The notes: generated by a model from the sequence alone, not told the origin. Counted from the stretch's first letter, positions 38,952 to 49,000 are shown. The stretch is 64,000 bases of DNA from an uncultured Fibrobacterota bacterium (GCA_963729895.1 CAVSQB010000005.1:96001-160000), one strand, 5' to 3'. Translations and numbers: made by a program.

Positions 38952-41480
38952 TCAGAAATCATGCCCTATCGAAAAGTAAAAGAGATTTTCCGACAGAATG
39001 TTCAAGTCGGGATCGAGCTTATTCCGCAACAGCCTTCCCCACGAAAAACAGACAGGCCCCACCATGGGGAGCTCGTACGCGATTCCTACGCCCATCCCGA
39101 CGGGCGCGTCATCAAGGAATTCCCTGGCAACCGTGCCGAGGCCGCCGTTGGCAAGTTTGTCGAGTTTCCATTGCTCCTGCCACGGCCAGGCGTATCCCCA
39201 GTCGAGCGAAGCCAGGAGGTAAAGACCCTGCCGCACGCGCACCCTGTAATTTCCACGAAGGAGAAAGGTAATGTCGCCGGGCAGGCTCCTCGGCCGCAAT
39301 CCGAAAAAAGACAGATAATCGAAAACGCCTATGTCTTTGTATTTTTCTTCCGGAATCGCTCCTCCGAGATACACCTTTTCGACGGCGGGCATCGAGTCGG
39401 TCGACCAGACAAATTGCAGTTGCGGCGAAAAAGTGTGAATCTTCGCAAATGTGAAGTACGGCGCGGCGCCTCCCTCGATCTTGAGAAAGCTTTCCGTCCC
39501 GGTGACCACGTCATGCGCAACGCCGACTGTAATATAGGTCTTCTGACCTTTTTCGGGAAAGGGAAATTTGTCAAGATCGTCTCCGGTCAGCCGCAGCATA
39601 AGATACTGCATGCCGTGTTCAAAACCGCCAAAGGGATCCTGAAATCCGCTCGTTTCGTAGACCGAAAACTTTTCAATCCTAATTCCCCCCTCGAGCATGA
39701 AAAAATTTCCCAGTTGCATTCCAATGATGGCCAAGACCCCTTCCCTGCCGAGCGTCTGCTCTTCCAATTTTACATGGGTGAGTATCGAATCCACCGAATC
39801 CGCGTATTCCTGCCGCTCCACCACTTCTTCCCTGGACAGGTATCCCTGCACCTGGGCCATGTTTGCGAATTCCGGGGAGAAGACGTGGTTTCCAAGCAGC
39901 TCCAGCGCATACTTTTCGCGCATGAGCCCGTACTGGATGTGCAGCGAGGCAACGATACCGAGGCCGAACAGGTTCTCGTATGCGGGTTGCACGTATCCTT
40001 CCAGGAGGTTGTATTCGTCGAACCTCAGTCCGATCCGCGCCCGCCAGTATTCCTTTTCATTCAAGGTTATGTCGACAACGCCGTTTGTGTCCGGCACGAT
40101 GTTGACGTTCTTGAACAGGTCCGACGCGTACAGTGATTCCGTCGCCTTATCGATTGTTTTTGTCGTCAAGGTGTCGCCGATTTTCATCCCGAGCATCGAT
40201 TGCACGGTTGATAAACGCGTCACCAGGTTGCCGTGCACCGCAAACCTCTTTACCACCCCTTGGGACAGGGTCACCGTCGTGACCGAGTCGATGCGGCGGA
40301 CGTCGAGGATTCGCACAAAGGCACTTCCGCGGTCATTCAGGACCCGGTACACTGTTTTTGCGAGATCATCCCGGCACAATGGCGCGCTGCCGGCGGCCAG
40401 GGAGTCGGCAGCGCGGCCCAGGGACGCGGCAACCGCTTTTGAAACGCCCAGAAAACGAAACGGCGGGAATACACCGCCGGATCCACGGCACGGCGGGGAA
40501 GCGGCGCCCGAGTCGGAGACGAGAAGGGCCCGTATTTCGGCTATGTGTTCCATGGTGGCCGTGTATCCGCGGCCCACAAGCGTATCCACGCGTGAGAAGT
40601 CGGTGTTCTGGAAGCCGGCAAGGTCCGGCGTTATCAGGGCCGCGGCCAGTTTCCGCTCGGCCTCTTTCTGCTTGGTCAACCCGATGTTGACGACCTGGTC
40701 CATGAGGCGCACCGGGTTGTTCATATCCTGGCCCTTCCACAGGGGAGAGGTAACATCAACGGCAATTACCACGCAGTTCGGGAATTCCCGGATGCTTGAC
40801 TCCACAGGGATATTCGACAGCAGCCCGCCGTCCATGAGGAGCATCGAGTCCTGCTTGACGGGGGAAAACACAAGGGGAAAGCCGCATGAGGCGCGGATAG
40901 CGGTAATGAGGTTGCCTTTCGAGAAGACGACGCTGTGACCGGAAAGAATGTCGGTCGAAATGATTCGCAGCGGAATGGGCAGGCTGTCGAAATCCTTGCC
41001 GGACCGGAATTGGACCGCCGCAAATTTGGGCCCGAGGACGCTGTAAAACACCTGGCCGTCGGAGATGGACTGCGGCAGGAGCATGGTAAGGCTTTTATCG
41101 AACCGGACCTCAAAAAGGTAATTGCCGACGTCTTCCTTCCGGCTCATCAGCAGCTCTTTACGGGGCGCCGAGTTCCGGTAAATGCCGCTCCAGTCGAGCG
41201 CCCCTGCAAGATGCTGGATACTATCTGCGCTGTAACCGGCCGCATACAGGCCGCCGATGATGGCGCCCATGCTTGTTCCAACGACGGCATCCGGTTTGAG
41301 ACCCTGCTCTTCCAGCGCTTTTATGGTTCCGATCTGGGCAAGGCCGCGGGCGCCTCCGCCGCTCAAGACCAATACGATACATTTTCGCGGTGAGGCAAAA
41401 CTTGATGAAACGATCACGAGAGCGGCAACAAGGAGAGCCAGCGGTACAATCGTCACTGAACGCTGCGGCGTCATTACCAT
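38952..41480 (-). CDS. Patatin-POTRA-BamA barrel protein (PlpD-like, type Vd)
   Basis: LSGGGARG, GTSMG, MDGG; POTRA-like GN..TR...LYASDLFKNV; ends FSIGHDF. Confidence 0.88.
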   Translation of the reverse strand: MVMTPQRSVTIVPLALLVAALVIVSSSFASPRKCIVLVLSGGGARGLAQIGTIKALEEQGLKPDAVVGTSMGAIIGGLYAAGYSADSIQHLAGALDWSGIYRNSAPRKELLMSRKEDVGNYLFEVRFDKSLTMLLPQSISDGQVFYSVLGPKFAAVQFRSGKDFDSLPIPLRIISTDILSGHSVVFSKGNLITAIRASCGFPLVFSPVKQDSMLLMDGGLLSNIPVESSIREFPNCVVIAVDVTSPLWKGQDMNNPVRLMDQVVNIGLTKQKEAERKLAAALITPDLAGFQNTDFSRVDTLVGRGYTATMEHIAEIRALLVSDSGAASPPCRGSGGVFPPFRFLGVSKAVAASLGRAADSLAAGSAPLCRDDLAKTVYRVLNDRGSAFVRILDVRRIDSVTTVTLSQGVVKRFAVHGNLVTRLSTVQSMLGMKIGDTLTTKTIDKATESLYASDLFKNVNIVPDTNGVVDITLNEKEYWRARIGLRFDEYNLLEGYVQPAYENLFGLGIVASLHIQYGLMREKYALELLGNHVFSPEFANMAQVQGYLSREEVVERQEYADSVDSILTHVKLEEQTLGREGVLAIIGMQLGNFFMLEGGIRIEKFSVYETSGFQDPFGGFEHGMQYLMLRLTGDDLDKFPFPEKGQKTYITVGVAHDVVTGTESFLKIEGGAAPYFTFAKIHTFSPQLQFVWSTDSMPAVEKVYLGGAIPEEKYKDIGVFDYLSFFGLRPRSLPGDITFLLRGNYRVRVRQGLYLLASLDWGYAWPWQEQWKLDKLANGGLGTVAREFLDDAPVGMGVGIAYELPMVGPVCFSWGRLLRNKLDPDLNILSENLFYFSIGHDF

Positions 41481-43000
41481 TACCTTAGAGTCCCGGTGAG
41501 AATGCCCCAGGTGCTTTGTGCGCCTGCTCCCTGGAAAAGCGGCGCTGTGGCCCATAACGCATACGACGAAAAGCTCTTTTCGCAGAGCGTTGACAAGTTG
41601 GGGTCATCCGTGGAATGAAGAAAAATAACTTGGGCCGAGGACGGCGGCCTTCTTTCCGGCCACAGGGAATACTGGTTGTCGCGCGACGCGATATTGAGTG
41701 TGAAGGTCTTCGGGTGGTCCGGAAGATAAAAGCCGAACAGTGCCGCCTCCTGGTAACGATTTGCGCATATGGAAAGGAGATGGCGGGAATCGAACCGGTT
41801 TCTCTCGGCATTGATCTCCTGTGCGAGGGTTTTCCACCCGCGTGCCTGAACAGCCGGGTCGTTCTGCGGCGAAAGGGGCAAGAACGGTTTCTGGATGTGA
41901 AACAGAACAATGCCGGTGGTGATTACAGAAAAAACAGCGGAAAATACGGCGAAGCGCCTGAACCAGACCTTTCTTTCCGCATCAAGCCCTTCAAAGACGA
42001 TTGAAACGAGGATGAGGCCGCTCAGGTAGGCGCAGGCCGCCCAATTCGCCTCAACCTTTTTTTGAAGGCTTGCAAGGAGAAAGAAACAGAACGGAACGAT
42101 AAGGAATGTTAACAGAAAGGAAACCCCGCTTGCCCTTTTCCTTTTTCGCAGCAGCAGCGCGGCCGCACACACCAGAAGCGCGAACGGCGCCACGGAAAGC
42201 ACGCCTATTTGGCCGGCGATGAATTCTCCGAGCAATTCGACGTGCAGCGCCCCGTGCGTATCCACCCCGTGGGAAAACTGGAAGAGAAGCGAGAGCCAGT
42301 GGTGGGAACGGTTCCATAAAACATTGGGCGCCCATATGATCATGCCGATGCAGACGGCTGCCCATGGTTGCCAGCGTGCCAGCCAGAACCGGCGGCTTCG
42401 TGACAGTATGAGAAAACAGGCCAGGGAAGCCGGGAAAAGTACAAAGGTGTACTTCGACAACATGCCGAACCCGGCAAACACGCCCAGTGCCATCCACCAC
42501 CTGGTAGATGAATTAAATATCGCGTTATGCGCGGCGAGCAACGACAAAGACCAGAAGAGAACAAGCGGGATATCGGGCGTCGCGAGCAGGGAGCCGACTC
42601 CGAAAAGCAAGACGCAGTTTGAAAGCACCGCCCACAATACCAGTGAAGACGATTTTACAACATAGTGCTTGACCAGCAGGTACGAAGACAACGATGCAAC
42701 CATGGCGCAAACGCTCATGAGGCCCCGCACGCCAAGAACGGTTTCCCCAAACAGCGCGCGGGAAAGGGCGATGAGCCACGCCACCATGGGCGGGTGATCG
42801 AAATAGCCGAAGGCGAGGTTTCTCGACCAGTCCCAGTAGTATGCTTCGTCGGGCAGGAGCCCGAGAAAACTCGCATAGATCAGCCGGAAAGCGAACACCG
42901 CGGCGAGAATTGCGTACACCAGGACGTCCGTCCGGTTGATCGCGGGCGCGATCGCTTTGCACAGAGGGCTATTGTTTTCGGGATGACCGTTGAGCGCCAA
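41480..43000 (-). CDS. ArnT/PMT-family (GT83/GT39-like) membrane glycosyltransferase
   Basis: DEAYYWDWSR..GYFDHPP, TPD.PL, SKY; multi-TM. Confidence 0.9.
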   Translation of the reverse strand: MALNGHPENNSPLCKAIAPAINRTDVLVYAILAAVFAFRLIYASFLGLLPDEAYYWDWSRNLAFGYFDHPPMVAWLIALSRALFGETVLGVRGLMSVCAMVASLSSYLLVKHYVVKSSSLVLWAVLSNCVLLFGVGSLLATPDIPLVLFWSLSLLAAHNAIFNSSTRWWMALGVFAGFGMLSKYTFVLFPASLACFLILSRSRRFWLARWQPWAAVCIGMIIWAPNVLWNRSHHWLSLLFQFSHGVDTHGALHVELLGEFIAGQIGVLSVAPFALLVCAAALLLRKRKRASGVSFLLTFLIVPFCFFLLASLQKKVEANWAACAYLSGLILVSIVFEGLDAERKVWFRRFAVFSAVFSVITTGIVLFHIQKPFLPLSPQNDPAVQARGWKTLAQEINAERNRFDSRHLLSICANRYQEAALFGFYLPDHPKTFTLNIASRDNQYSLWPERRPPSSAQVIFLHSTDDPNLSTLCEKSFSSYALWATAPLFQGAGAQSTWGILTGTLR

Positions 43001-43236
43001 TTCGTGTTCTCGCTGGAAGGAGGGAGCCTGATAATAACTCTATCTGTTAAAGATACAACGTGGCGCAAATAAAATGCCTTTTGTTAACAAATTCAATTAC
43101 CTATTTTCCCTATTTACGGCCGGCGCGGCTTCCCGCAACCGGTTCCTCAAAGTTTCGCCGCGGACGCTGCTTCTTCACAAGAGACAATCACGGGGCGGGT
43201 GGCGGCCGCCTTACGGTTATGTTCTTCACAAAAGGC

Positions 43237-44874
43237 ATGGTGATGACCGGTGGAGTACGGGTACCAACATTGCTGCGGGCCAGGCTGTTGGTGCTCGCTT
43301 TGTGCACGGCCGTCTGGCCTCTGTCGCTGAGGACCACCGTGCTTCCGCAGGACATGCGGGAGGCCGAAATCATGCTAAAGGAAGGATCGCTTGATTCACT
43401 CGAATGGGAACTTCTGCAACCATACTATGTTCAGCCCATTGTTGTTCCGCGCGGTGAGCTTTTTCTTCTTCACGACCTGTTCGACGTTCGCATCGGGAAC
43501 CTGCCGGTCACGCAGGAACAGCTGTCGCCGTACGAACCTTGGGACGGCGCGGCGAAAGAGCGTTTCTTTGACGACTATCCGGATCTTGCGAAATACGCGC
43601 CTATTTTGTCGTTTTCACAAGTAAAGGCAAGCCGCCTGTCGAACGTCGGGCTCGGCATTGCGGTGGGCGACGACTGGAATACCACCGCCCAGTCGCGGTT
43701 TTCCCTGCAGCCCCGCCCGGCAGTTTCCGTGAGCGGAAGCCTTACCCACGGCGACTCGGCTGCCTTGTGGAAGAAACGGGGCGTCTCGTTCTCGATACCC
43801 GATATGGTTTCGGTCCAGGCGGGAAATTTTTATTTCGGGGACGATGGCGGCCTTTTTTACGGTTACTTTCCTGCCGACTCAAGCCCGCCCACCACAGCGT
43901 CGAACTGGCGTTACGGCATGTCGAGAACCTGGAACGGCATGTGCGTGCAATCCGACAGATGGAGCAATGCCCGTATTTCGGCCTTTTACCATGAACGCAC
44001 CACGGAACAGGCTGTGGGCGTATTCTGCGAGGCAGGGTCGTCGCAAGCGTTTCACGTGACAACCGGTTTGTCCCGCCTTTCGCGAGTCGAACACGGCGAC
44101 AGCAGTTTGGACGCCGACTATTTTTTTCATTGCGGACTGTCCGGCTCGGCATCCGGCTACACCTATTCGATCCATGCCGGAGCGGCCCGGAGCAATCCGC
44201 GCGTGGTGCCGCTGTCCGCGCAATGCACGCGCAAGAGCGGCGATGCCTCGGTTACCGTGCTTGTTGCCCGGCTCCCGGGGGCGCTTTCCCTCACTCGAAG
44301 CAAAATCGCTTTCGATTGCCGGAACGAGCTTGACTTGGGCGACACGGCCGCAGGTTCGGACATGACGCTTGCCGACTGCAGGACGAGGGTGAGGCTGTCG
44401 CCTGCATGCGCCACGTCGTTTTTTGTGTCCTATGTGAATGCCAAGAACCGCACGGCGATCAGCGCGGGAGCGGGCGCGTCGGGAACGGCCTTTGTGAACT
44501 ACCGGATGTCGTACTCGTATCACATGTCAACAACTGCTGCGGTGGAGAGCCATAAGGCCCTGCTTTCGGTGGAACGCGCCTTCTCACGGTTTGTAAAGCC
44601 GGGACTTTCGTGCTCCGGGTTTCTCACGAGCGCCGGGTTCGGGAGCGTCCTGGCCCGGTGTCCGGTGGAGGTGTCGTTCGCGCCCGCGCTCACCGTCACT
44701 CCCTATGCAACCTGGTACGCGGCCACCTCGCCTTCCCGGTCCGGATCGCTGGGACTCAAGGAATCGCTCAAGCTTTTCGAAAGAACCTGGTGCGAATGCG
44801 ATGTCGCAACATCGTTTGACGAACACAACAAACAGGAGTGGAATATCAATGCACGTTCGTATTTCTGTTTCTAG
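43237..44874 (+). CDS. Hypothetical outer-membrane protein (start uncertain, 43219-43243)
   Basis: Signal-like segment, beta-strand-rich, C-terminal Phe; overlaps the downstream MBL gene. Confidence 0.6.
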   Translation: MVMTGGVRVPTLLRARLLVLALCTAVWPLSLRTTVLPQDMREAEIMLKEGSLDSLEWELLQPYYVQPIVVPRGELFLLHDLFDVRIGNLPVTQEQLSPYEPWDGAAKERFFDDYPDLAKYAPILSFSQVKASRLSNVGLGIAVGDDWNTTAQSRFSLQPRPAVSVSGSLTHGDSAALWKKRGVSFSIPDMVSVQAGNFYFGDDGGLFYGYFPADSSPPTTASNWRYGMSRTWNGMCVQSDRWSNARISAFYHERTTEQAVGVFCEAGSSQAFHVTTGLSRLSRVEHGDSSLDADYFFHCGLSGSASGYTYSIHAGAARSNPRVVPLSAQCTRKSGDASVTVLVARLPGALSLTRSKIAFDCRNELDLGDTAAGSDMTLADCRTRVRLSPACATSFFVSYVNAKNRTAISAGAGASGTAFVNYRMSYSYHMSTTAAVESHKALLSVERAFSRFVKPGLSCSGFLTSAGFGSVLARCPVEVSFAPALTVTPYATWYAATSPSRSGSLGLKESLKLFERTWCECDVATSFDEHNKQEWNINARSYFCF

Positions 44875-45724
44875 TCTCGCGTCCGTTTTCGCGCTTATCT
44901 GCGTCTCCTGCACAACCCAGAACCCGTCCGGGCTGGCCGCGGGGTTCCGGTTTACCGTTGTCGATGTGGGCGAGGGGCTTTCGCAGATCGGCACTGTCGG
45001 CAGCGATGCGGTTGTGTGGGATATGGGCGATACGGGTGCGGCCGGCAACTGGATCCGGGCCTATGCGCAGGCGGGCGCCCCGTACATCCGTTCCATTGCC
45101 ATATCGCACAGTCATGCCGATCACATGGGCGGACTCAGGACGCTGCCGGACTCCATCCGCTTTTCCGGCGAAATCGTTGCCAGCGTGTTCGAGGACACGG
45201 CCTTGATACGGGAGAACTGCGGCTCGTGGGCGGCCAGGGTGCGGTTCAGAACAATCGGCCAGGGGGACACGATGGCCGATCTGAACGGCGTGTCCGTTCA
45301 ATGCATCTGGCCGCCTAAAGACCTGGCGATCACAATGCCCGTCGCTGACGATTACAAGAACACGTACAGCCTGTGTTTTATCGTCAAGTATCAATCGAAT
45401 TCGGCGCTCATAACTTCGGACATCGATACCGTTGCCGAACAGGCCCTGGCCGCGCGCTACGGGTTCTCGCTCCTGTCTGACATTATCGTTGTGCCGCATC
45501 ACGGATCGTCCGGTTCCGTCAACCCGGTTTTCTACGGATACGCCGCACCTTCGATTGCGGTGATTTCGTGCTCCGCAGACAATGACTATGGGCACCCGGC
45601 CGCAAATGTCCTTGCCATGCTGTTCCAGATGCATGTAACCTTGTACCAGACCAGCCGGGAAGGCACGATAACGGTATTCACAAACGGGTATTACTGGACG
45701 GTTTCCGGCGAGTACGCGAAATAG
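44849..45724 (+). CDS. ComEC/Rec2-like metallo-beta-lactamase-fold lipoprotein
   Basis: DVGEG, SHSHADHMGG, PHHGS, NDYGHP; CVS-C lipobox. Confidence 0.88.
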   Translation: MHVRISVSSLASVFALICVSCTTQNPSGLAAGFRFTVVDVGEGLSQIGTVGSDAVVWDMGDTGAAGNWIRAYAQAGAPYIRSIAISHSHADHMGGLRTLPDSIRFSGEIVASVFEDTALIRENCGSWAARVRFRTIGQGDTMADLNGVSVQCIWPPKDLAITMPVADDYKNTYSLCFIVKYQSNSALITSDIDTVAEQALAARYGFSLLSDIIVVPHHGSSGSVNPVFYGYAAPSIAVISCSADNDYGHPAANVLAMLFQMHVTLYQTSREGTITVFTNGYYWTVSGEYAK

Positions 45725-45801
45725 CTTCCATGGCATGAGACCATGCTCAATGCGTGATATCCGGCACGGGGCTTCAAGCCACGGAGTTGTGCAGAAACAC
45801 G

Positions 45802-45840
45802 AAGGGCGCTCGCCCGACTCTTGCGGATGAACGCCCTTTT
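45802..45840. terminator. Probable bidirectional terminator
   Basis: AAGGGCGCTCGCCCG / CGGATGAACGCCCTT stem followed by a T-run, between convergent genes. Confidence 0.65.
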
Positions 45841-45896
45841 TCTTATTATAGTGCGCGGAACGGTTCCGCGCTGAAAATCCGGCTAATAAAACTTTG

Positions 45897-46205
45897 TTAC
45901 CACGCGCGCTGTCCGCCTCCTCTGTTGCCTCTGAAACCGCCGCCCCCGCCGCCCCGATTTTCGGTACGCGGACGAGCCTCGTTGACGGTGAGCGGACGAC
46001 CTTTGAAATCCTTGCTGTTGAGAGCCGCGATCGCGGCCTGGGCTTCGGCATCCGTGGGCATTTCGACAAATCCGAAACCTCTCGGCCTTCCGGTGAATTT
46101 GTCTTCGATGATCGATACCGACGCGACCTGCCCGTGGGCCTCAAAAAGCTGCCGAACGTCACTCTCGCCGGCGTCGAACGACAAATTACCAACATAGATG
46201 TTCAT
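45897..46205 (-). CDS. RRM RNA-binding protein with Gly-rich tail
   Basis: MNIYVGNL (RNP2), RGFGFVEM (RNP1), LTVNEARP; GAGG RBS. Confidence 0.96.
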   Translation of the reverse strand: MNIYVGNLSFDAGESDVRQLFEAHGQVASVSIIEDKFTGRPRGFGFVEMPTDAEAQAAIAALNSKDFKGRPLTVNEARPRTENRGGGGGGFRGNRGGGQRAW

Positions 46206-46368
46206 GTGAGACACCTCTCTTGAAACTGTTGATTGAAAAGAGCCACCTGGCTCGTGGGCAAAATTGCCTTGGTGCAATATAATTTATTGCGCGAAATAAT
46301 CCAAAAAAAAGCGGGACTGACGCGGATGGGGAAAGGAAGAAGCTGGGAATCCAAATAATAAATGCATC

Positions 46369-46464
46369 TGGATGCTTGAGCCGGAAATAATTATAGATAA
46401 AGTTCTATTGGATAGCAGTGCCTGAAATAATAATAGACAAGGGCTATTGGATGGCTGAGCCGGG
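46369..46464 (+). repeat. Degenerate ~40-bp tandem repeat (2.4 units)
   Basis: TGGAT..GCC.GAAATAAT.ATAGA.AA...CTAT units start at 46369 and 46409; a third partial unit at 46448 runs into M1. Confidence 0.7.
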
Positions 46465-46518
46465 TGACCCCAAAGAAAGTTGATTTGCAAGAATCCAATC
46501 TTCTGCTGTGGGGCACCC
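46443..46518 (+). repeat. Hairpin repeat module M1, copy B
   Basis: 60/76 identity to 3437-3512. Confidence 0.88.
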
Positions 46519-46538
46519 AGAAATCGAGAGTAAGAAGT

Positions 46539-46675
46539 GGGCGTTTCCCTCGCTTTGCTCGGGTCGGCCCTCCCTCCGGGCTCGGCCGGATGGCCTCGTT
46601 GCCGGATCGCCCCTATGCCTTCGGCCGGGTCGTCCGGCAACGCGCCTTCGCGCGCCCTTCGGTCCTGCCTAACGC
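46539..46675 (+). ncRNA. Flavo-1-like structured element, copy A
   Basis: GGGCGTTTCCC-hairpin-GGGTCGGCC...GCCTAACGC skeleton; multiple hairpins; homologous to 57480-57624(-). The Flavo-1 resemblance is from memory of the motif. Confidence 0.65.
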
Positions 46676-46830
46676 AAAAAGCAAGAACACAAAGGTATTC
46701 TGCATTTCCCCCTCAGTGGCGTAGCTGTGGCTGGAAGACCAGGGGCACTGGATTTGGTTTTTGATTTTGTTAGCCGGGTGTTTCTGGTGTGCGCGCAGCA
46801 GGCGTTTCGGTTTCGCCACAAGAGGCACCT

Positions 46831-46875
46831 CGCCGCACACGCTCGGCAATCCATAACACTATCTCGATATTGCCG
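46831..46875 (+). repeat. Hairpin repeat module M2, copy B (enclosed by a GGCACCTCGCC/GGCGGGGTGCC stem, 46824-46892)
   Basis: 36/45 identity to 3727-3771. Confidence 0.85.
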
Positions 46876-47020
46876 CACAGAGGCGGGGTGCCCAGATTCT
46901 TATCTTGATCTTGATATCAGTACACCAGAATTATATCTTGATTTAACATGCTCAGGAAAAGGTATAATCAGTTGTACGATGACGTTTCGGGAACGCAGGT
47001 GGTCCACGAAGGGGGATGCG

Positions 47021-49000
47021 ATGAAGAAACGGATACCGGTATTTATCATGCCTTTTCTGGTACTGCTGGCCGCAGGTCCTGTCTTTTCCGTGATTGTCCC
47101 GCCTGATCGCGCTACCGATTGGACCCCAGGCGTGACCGTGGGCGTGCCCGGAGGAATTCCAAACCGGACAACAATCGGTTCCACGGTCGACGCCGCGGCG
47201 TATGGAACGGGATCAGTTGATGCATCGGCCGCTCTCGGGGCGGCAATCGACTCCTGCCCTTCCGGTACGGTCGTTTTCATACCTGCCGGCACTTACCGTC
47301 TTGACACCCGCGTCTATCGCGCCTACGCAAGCAACGTGACGATCCGGGGCGCCGGCATGGGAAAGACGGTCCTCAGGGCTACGTCGAACTCGCAAGTTCT
47401 TCTGCTGGGCACCGCCGACTGGCCGCGGGACACCTCGGGAATCGCCATCACCGGCGGCGCGACAAAAGGAAGCACGGTCCTTACGGTGGCCGACGCTTCG
47501 AGCATAACGGTGGGCAAACTGGTAAGAGTCGAGCAGAACGATCTGCCCTATGTCATCACCGGCACCGCTCCCACCACCGACTGCAAGGCGATGACCGCGA
47601 TGTTCAGGGTCACGGCAAAAACGGCGACCAGCGTAACCGTGTCGCCGGCATTGCCGATCGATTTCATGCTGTCGCCCGCGCTTGTCCAGTACGGTATTTC
47701 CCCCCTCACAGGCACCGGCGTGGAAGACCTGACCATCGACTGCAATTCGGCGGCGTGGACCGGCATCGAGTTCGACCAGTCGTGGGGATGCTGGGTAAGG
47801 AACGTGGAAATCGAGAATTCCACGGGGCGCCAGATATTCCTTGTCTGTTTTGTCAATGGAGAGATCCGGCACAACTATACGCACGACGTGGTGGGCGGAG
47901 GTCCCAACCACGAGGGCATAGACTTTTACCAGGACGGCTCCTTCAACCTGATCGAGGACAATATCGCGTACAACGGCGGGTTTCCCGGAATCATCATGGG
48001 CGACTCCAAGGGCGGCTGCACGGGAAATGTGATCGCCTACAATTTTGTATACGCGGCGAACACCGGCGACAGCACCACGGCGGGCATGGACATCAGCGCC
48101 AGCCACGGGCCCCACAACATGATGAACCTTATTGAAGGGAATATCGCCGGCGGCATGGGAAGCGACGGCTATTTCGGCTCCACAAGCCATATCACCGCGG
48201 CCCGCAACTGGTTTACAGCCACGCATCCCACCGCAACACAAAACCTGATTGCGGTGAATGTGGGAAGATGGAACAATTATTTCAATATGGTGGGCAATGT
48301 TCTCGGCACAAGCGCCTTCGCCGCAACCGGCCTGTTCCAGCCGGTAACCGCGTTCAGCTATTCAGCGCCGGTCATCTACAAACTCGGCTTCCCGAACATG
48401 GGGAACAACGGCTATTCGGAAACGTGGGGGCCCACCACGCCGCCGGACTACACGATGCAATCCGCGAATCAACCCGGCGGCGACAGCCACGGCACCGGAG
48501 GCAACACGCTGCTGGAACTCGACCTGAATGTAAAGGCCACCATGCTGCGGCACGGGAACTACGATTACCTGAACCATTCGATAGCGTGGGACTCGACGAT
48601 TTCCGATCATGCAATTTCCAGCAGCTATTTCCGGTCAAGCAAGCCCGACTGGTTCGGCAGCCTGGCGTGGCCGCCGTTTGATCCTGCATCGCCGCCGGGC
48701 GCGTTCAATGATTCCAATTTATGCAGGATCCCGGCGGGATACCGATTTGTGCACGGGAGCGATCCGGTTGCCGGGGTTGTGAGGCCGATTATGAATGCGG
48801 GGATACGGACGGGCGGGGGAAAGACCGGTATTGTTGAAATTGTGGATTTGTCTGGAAGGATTATTGCGAGACAGTACGGGAAGTTGGATGGGTTTGGAGT
48901 TCTGGAAAGGCAACGGACGATTGTGCCGGGGGTTTACTACATTAGGGTGGAAGACGGTGAGGGATGGAAGACGGTGATGAGGAGGGTGATTGTCAGGTAG
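47021..49000 (+). CDS. Secreted pectin-lyase-fold (beta-helix) protein with T9SS-type CTD, paralog 1
   Basis: Signal peptide, VFIPAGTYR..VTIRGAG, Asn-ladder repeats, CTD (IVDLSGR..PGVYYIRV..RRVIVR). Confidence 0.85.
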   Translation: MKKRIPVFIMPFLVLLAAGPVFSVIVPPDRATDWTPGVTVGVPGGIPNRTTIGSTVDAAAYGTGSVDASAALGAAIDSCPSGTVVFIPAGTYRLDTRVYRAYASNVTIRGAGMGKTVLRATSNSQVLLLGTADWPRDTSGIAITGGATKGSTVLTVADASSITVGKLVRVEQNDLPYVITGTAPTTDCKAMTAMFRVTAKTATSVTVSPALPIDFMLSPALVQYGISPLTGTGVEDLTIDCNSAAWTGIEFDQSWGCWVRNVEIENSTGRQIFLVCFVNGEIRHNYTHDVVGGGPNHEGIDFYQDGSFNLIEDNIAYNGGFPGIIMGDSKGGCTGNVIAYNFVYAANTGDSTTAGMDISASHGPHNMMNLIEGNIAGGMGSDGYFGSTSHITAARNWFTATHPTATQNLIAVNVGRWNNYFNMVGNVLGTSAFAATGLFQPVTAFSYSAPVIYKLGFPNMGNNGYSETWGPTTPPDYTMQSANQPGGDSHGTGGNTLLELDLNVKATMLRHGNYDYLNHSIAWDSTISDHAISSSYFRSSKPDWFGSLAWPPFDPASPPGAFNDSNLCRIPAGYRFVHGSDPVAGVVRPIMNAGIRTGGGKTGIVEIVDLSGRIIARQYGKLDGFGVLERQRTIVPGVYYIRVEDGEGWKTVMRRVIVR

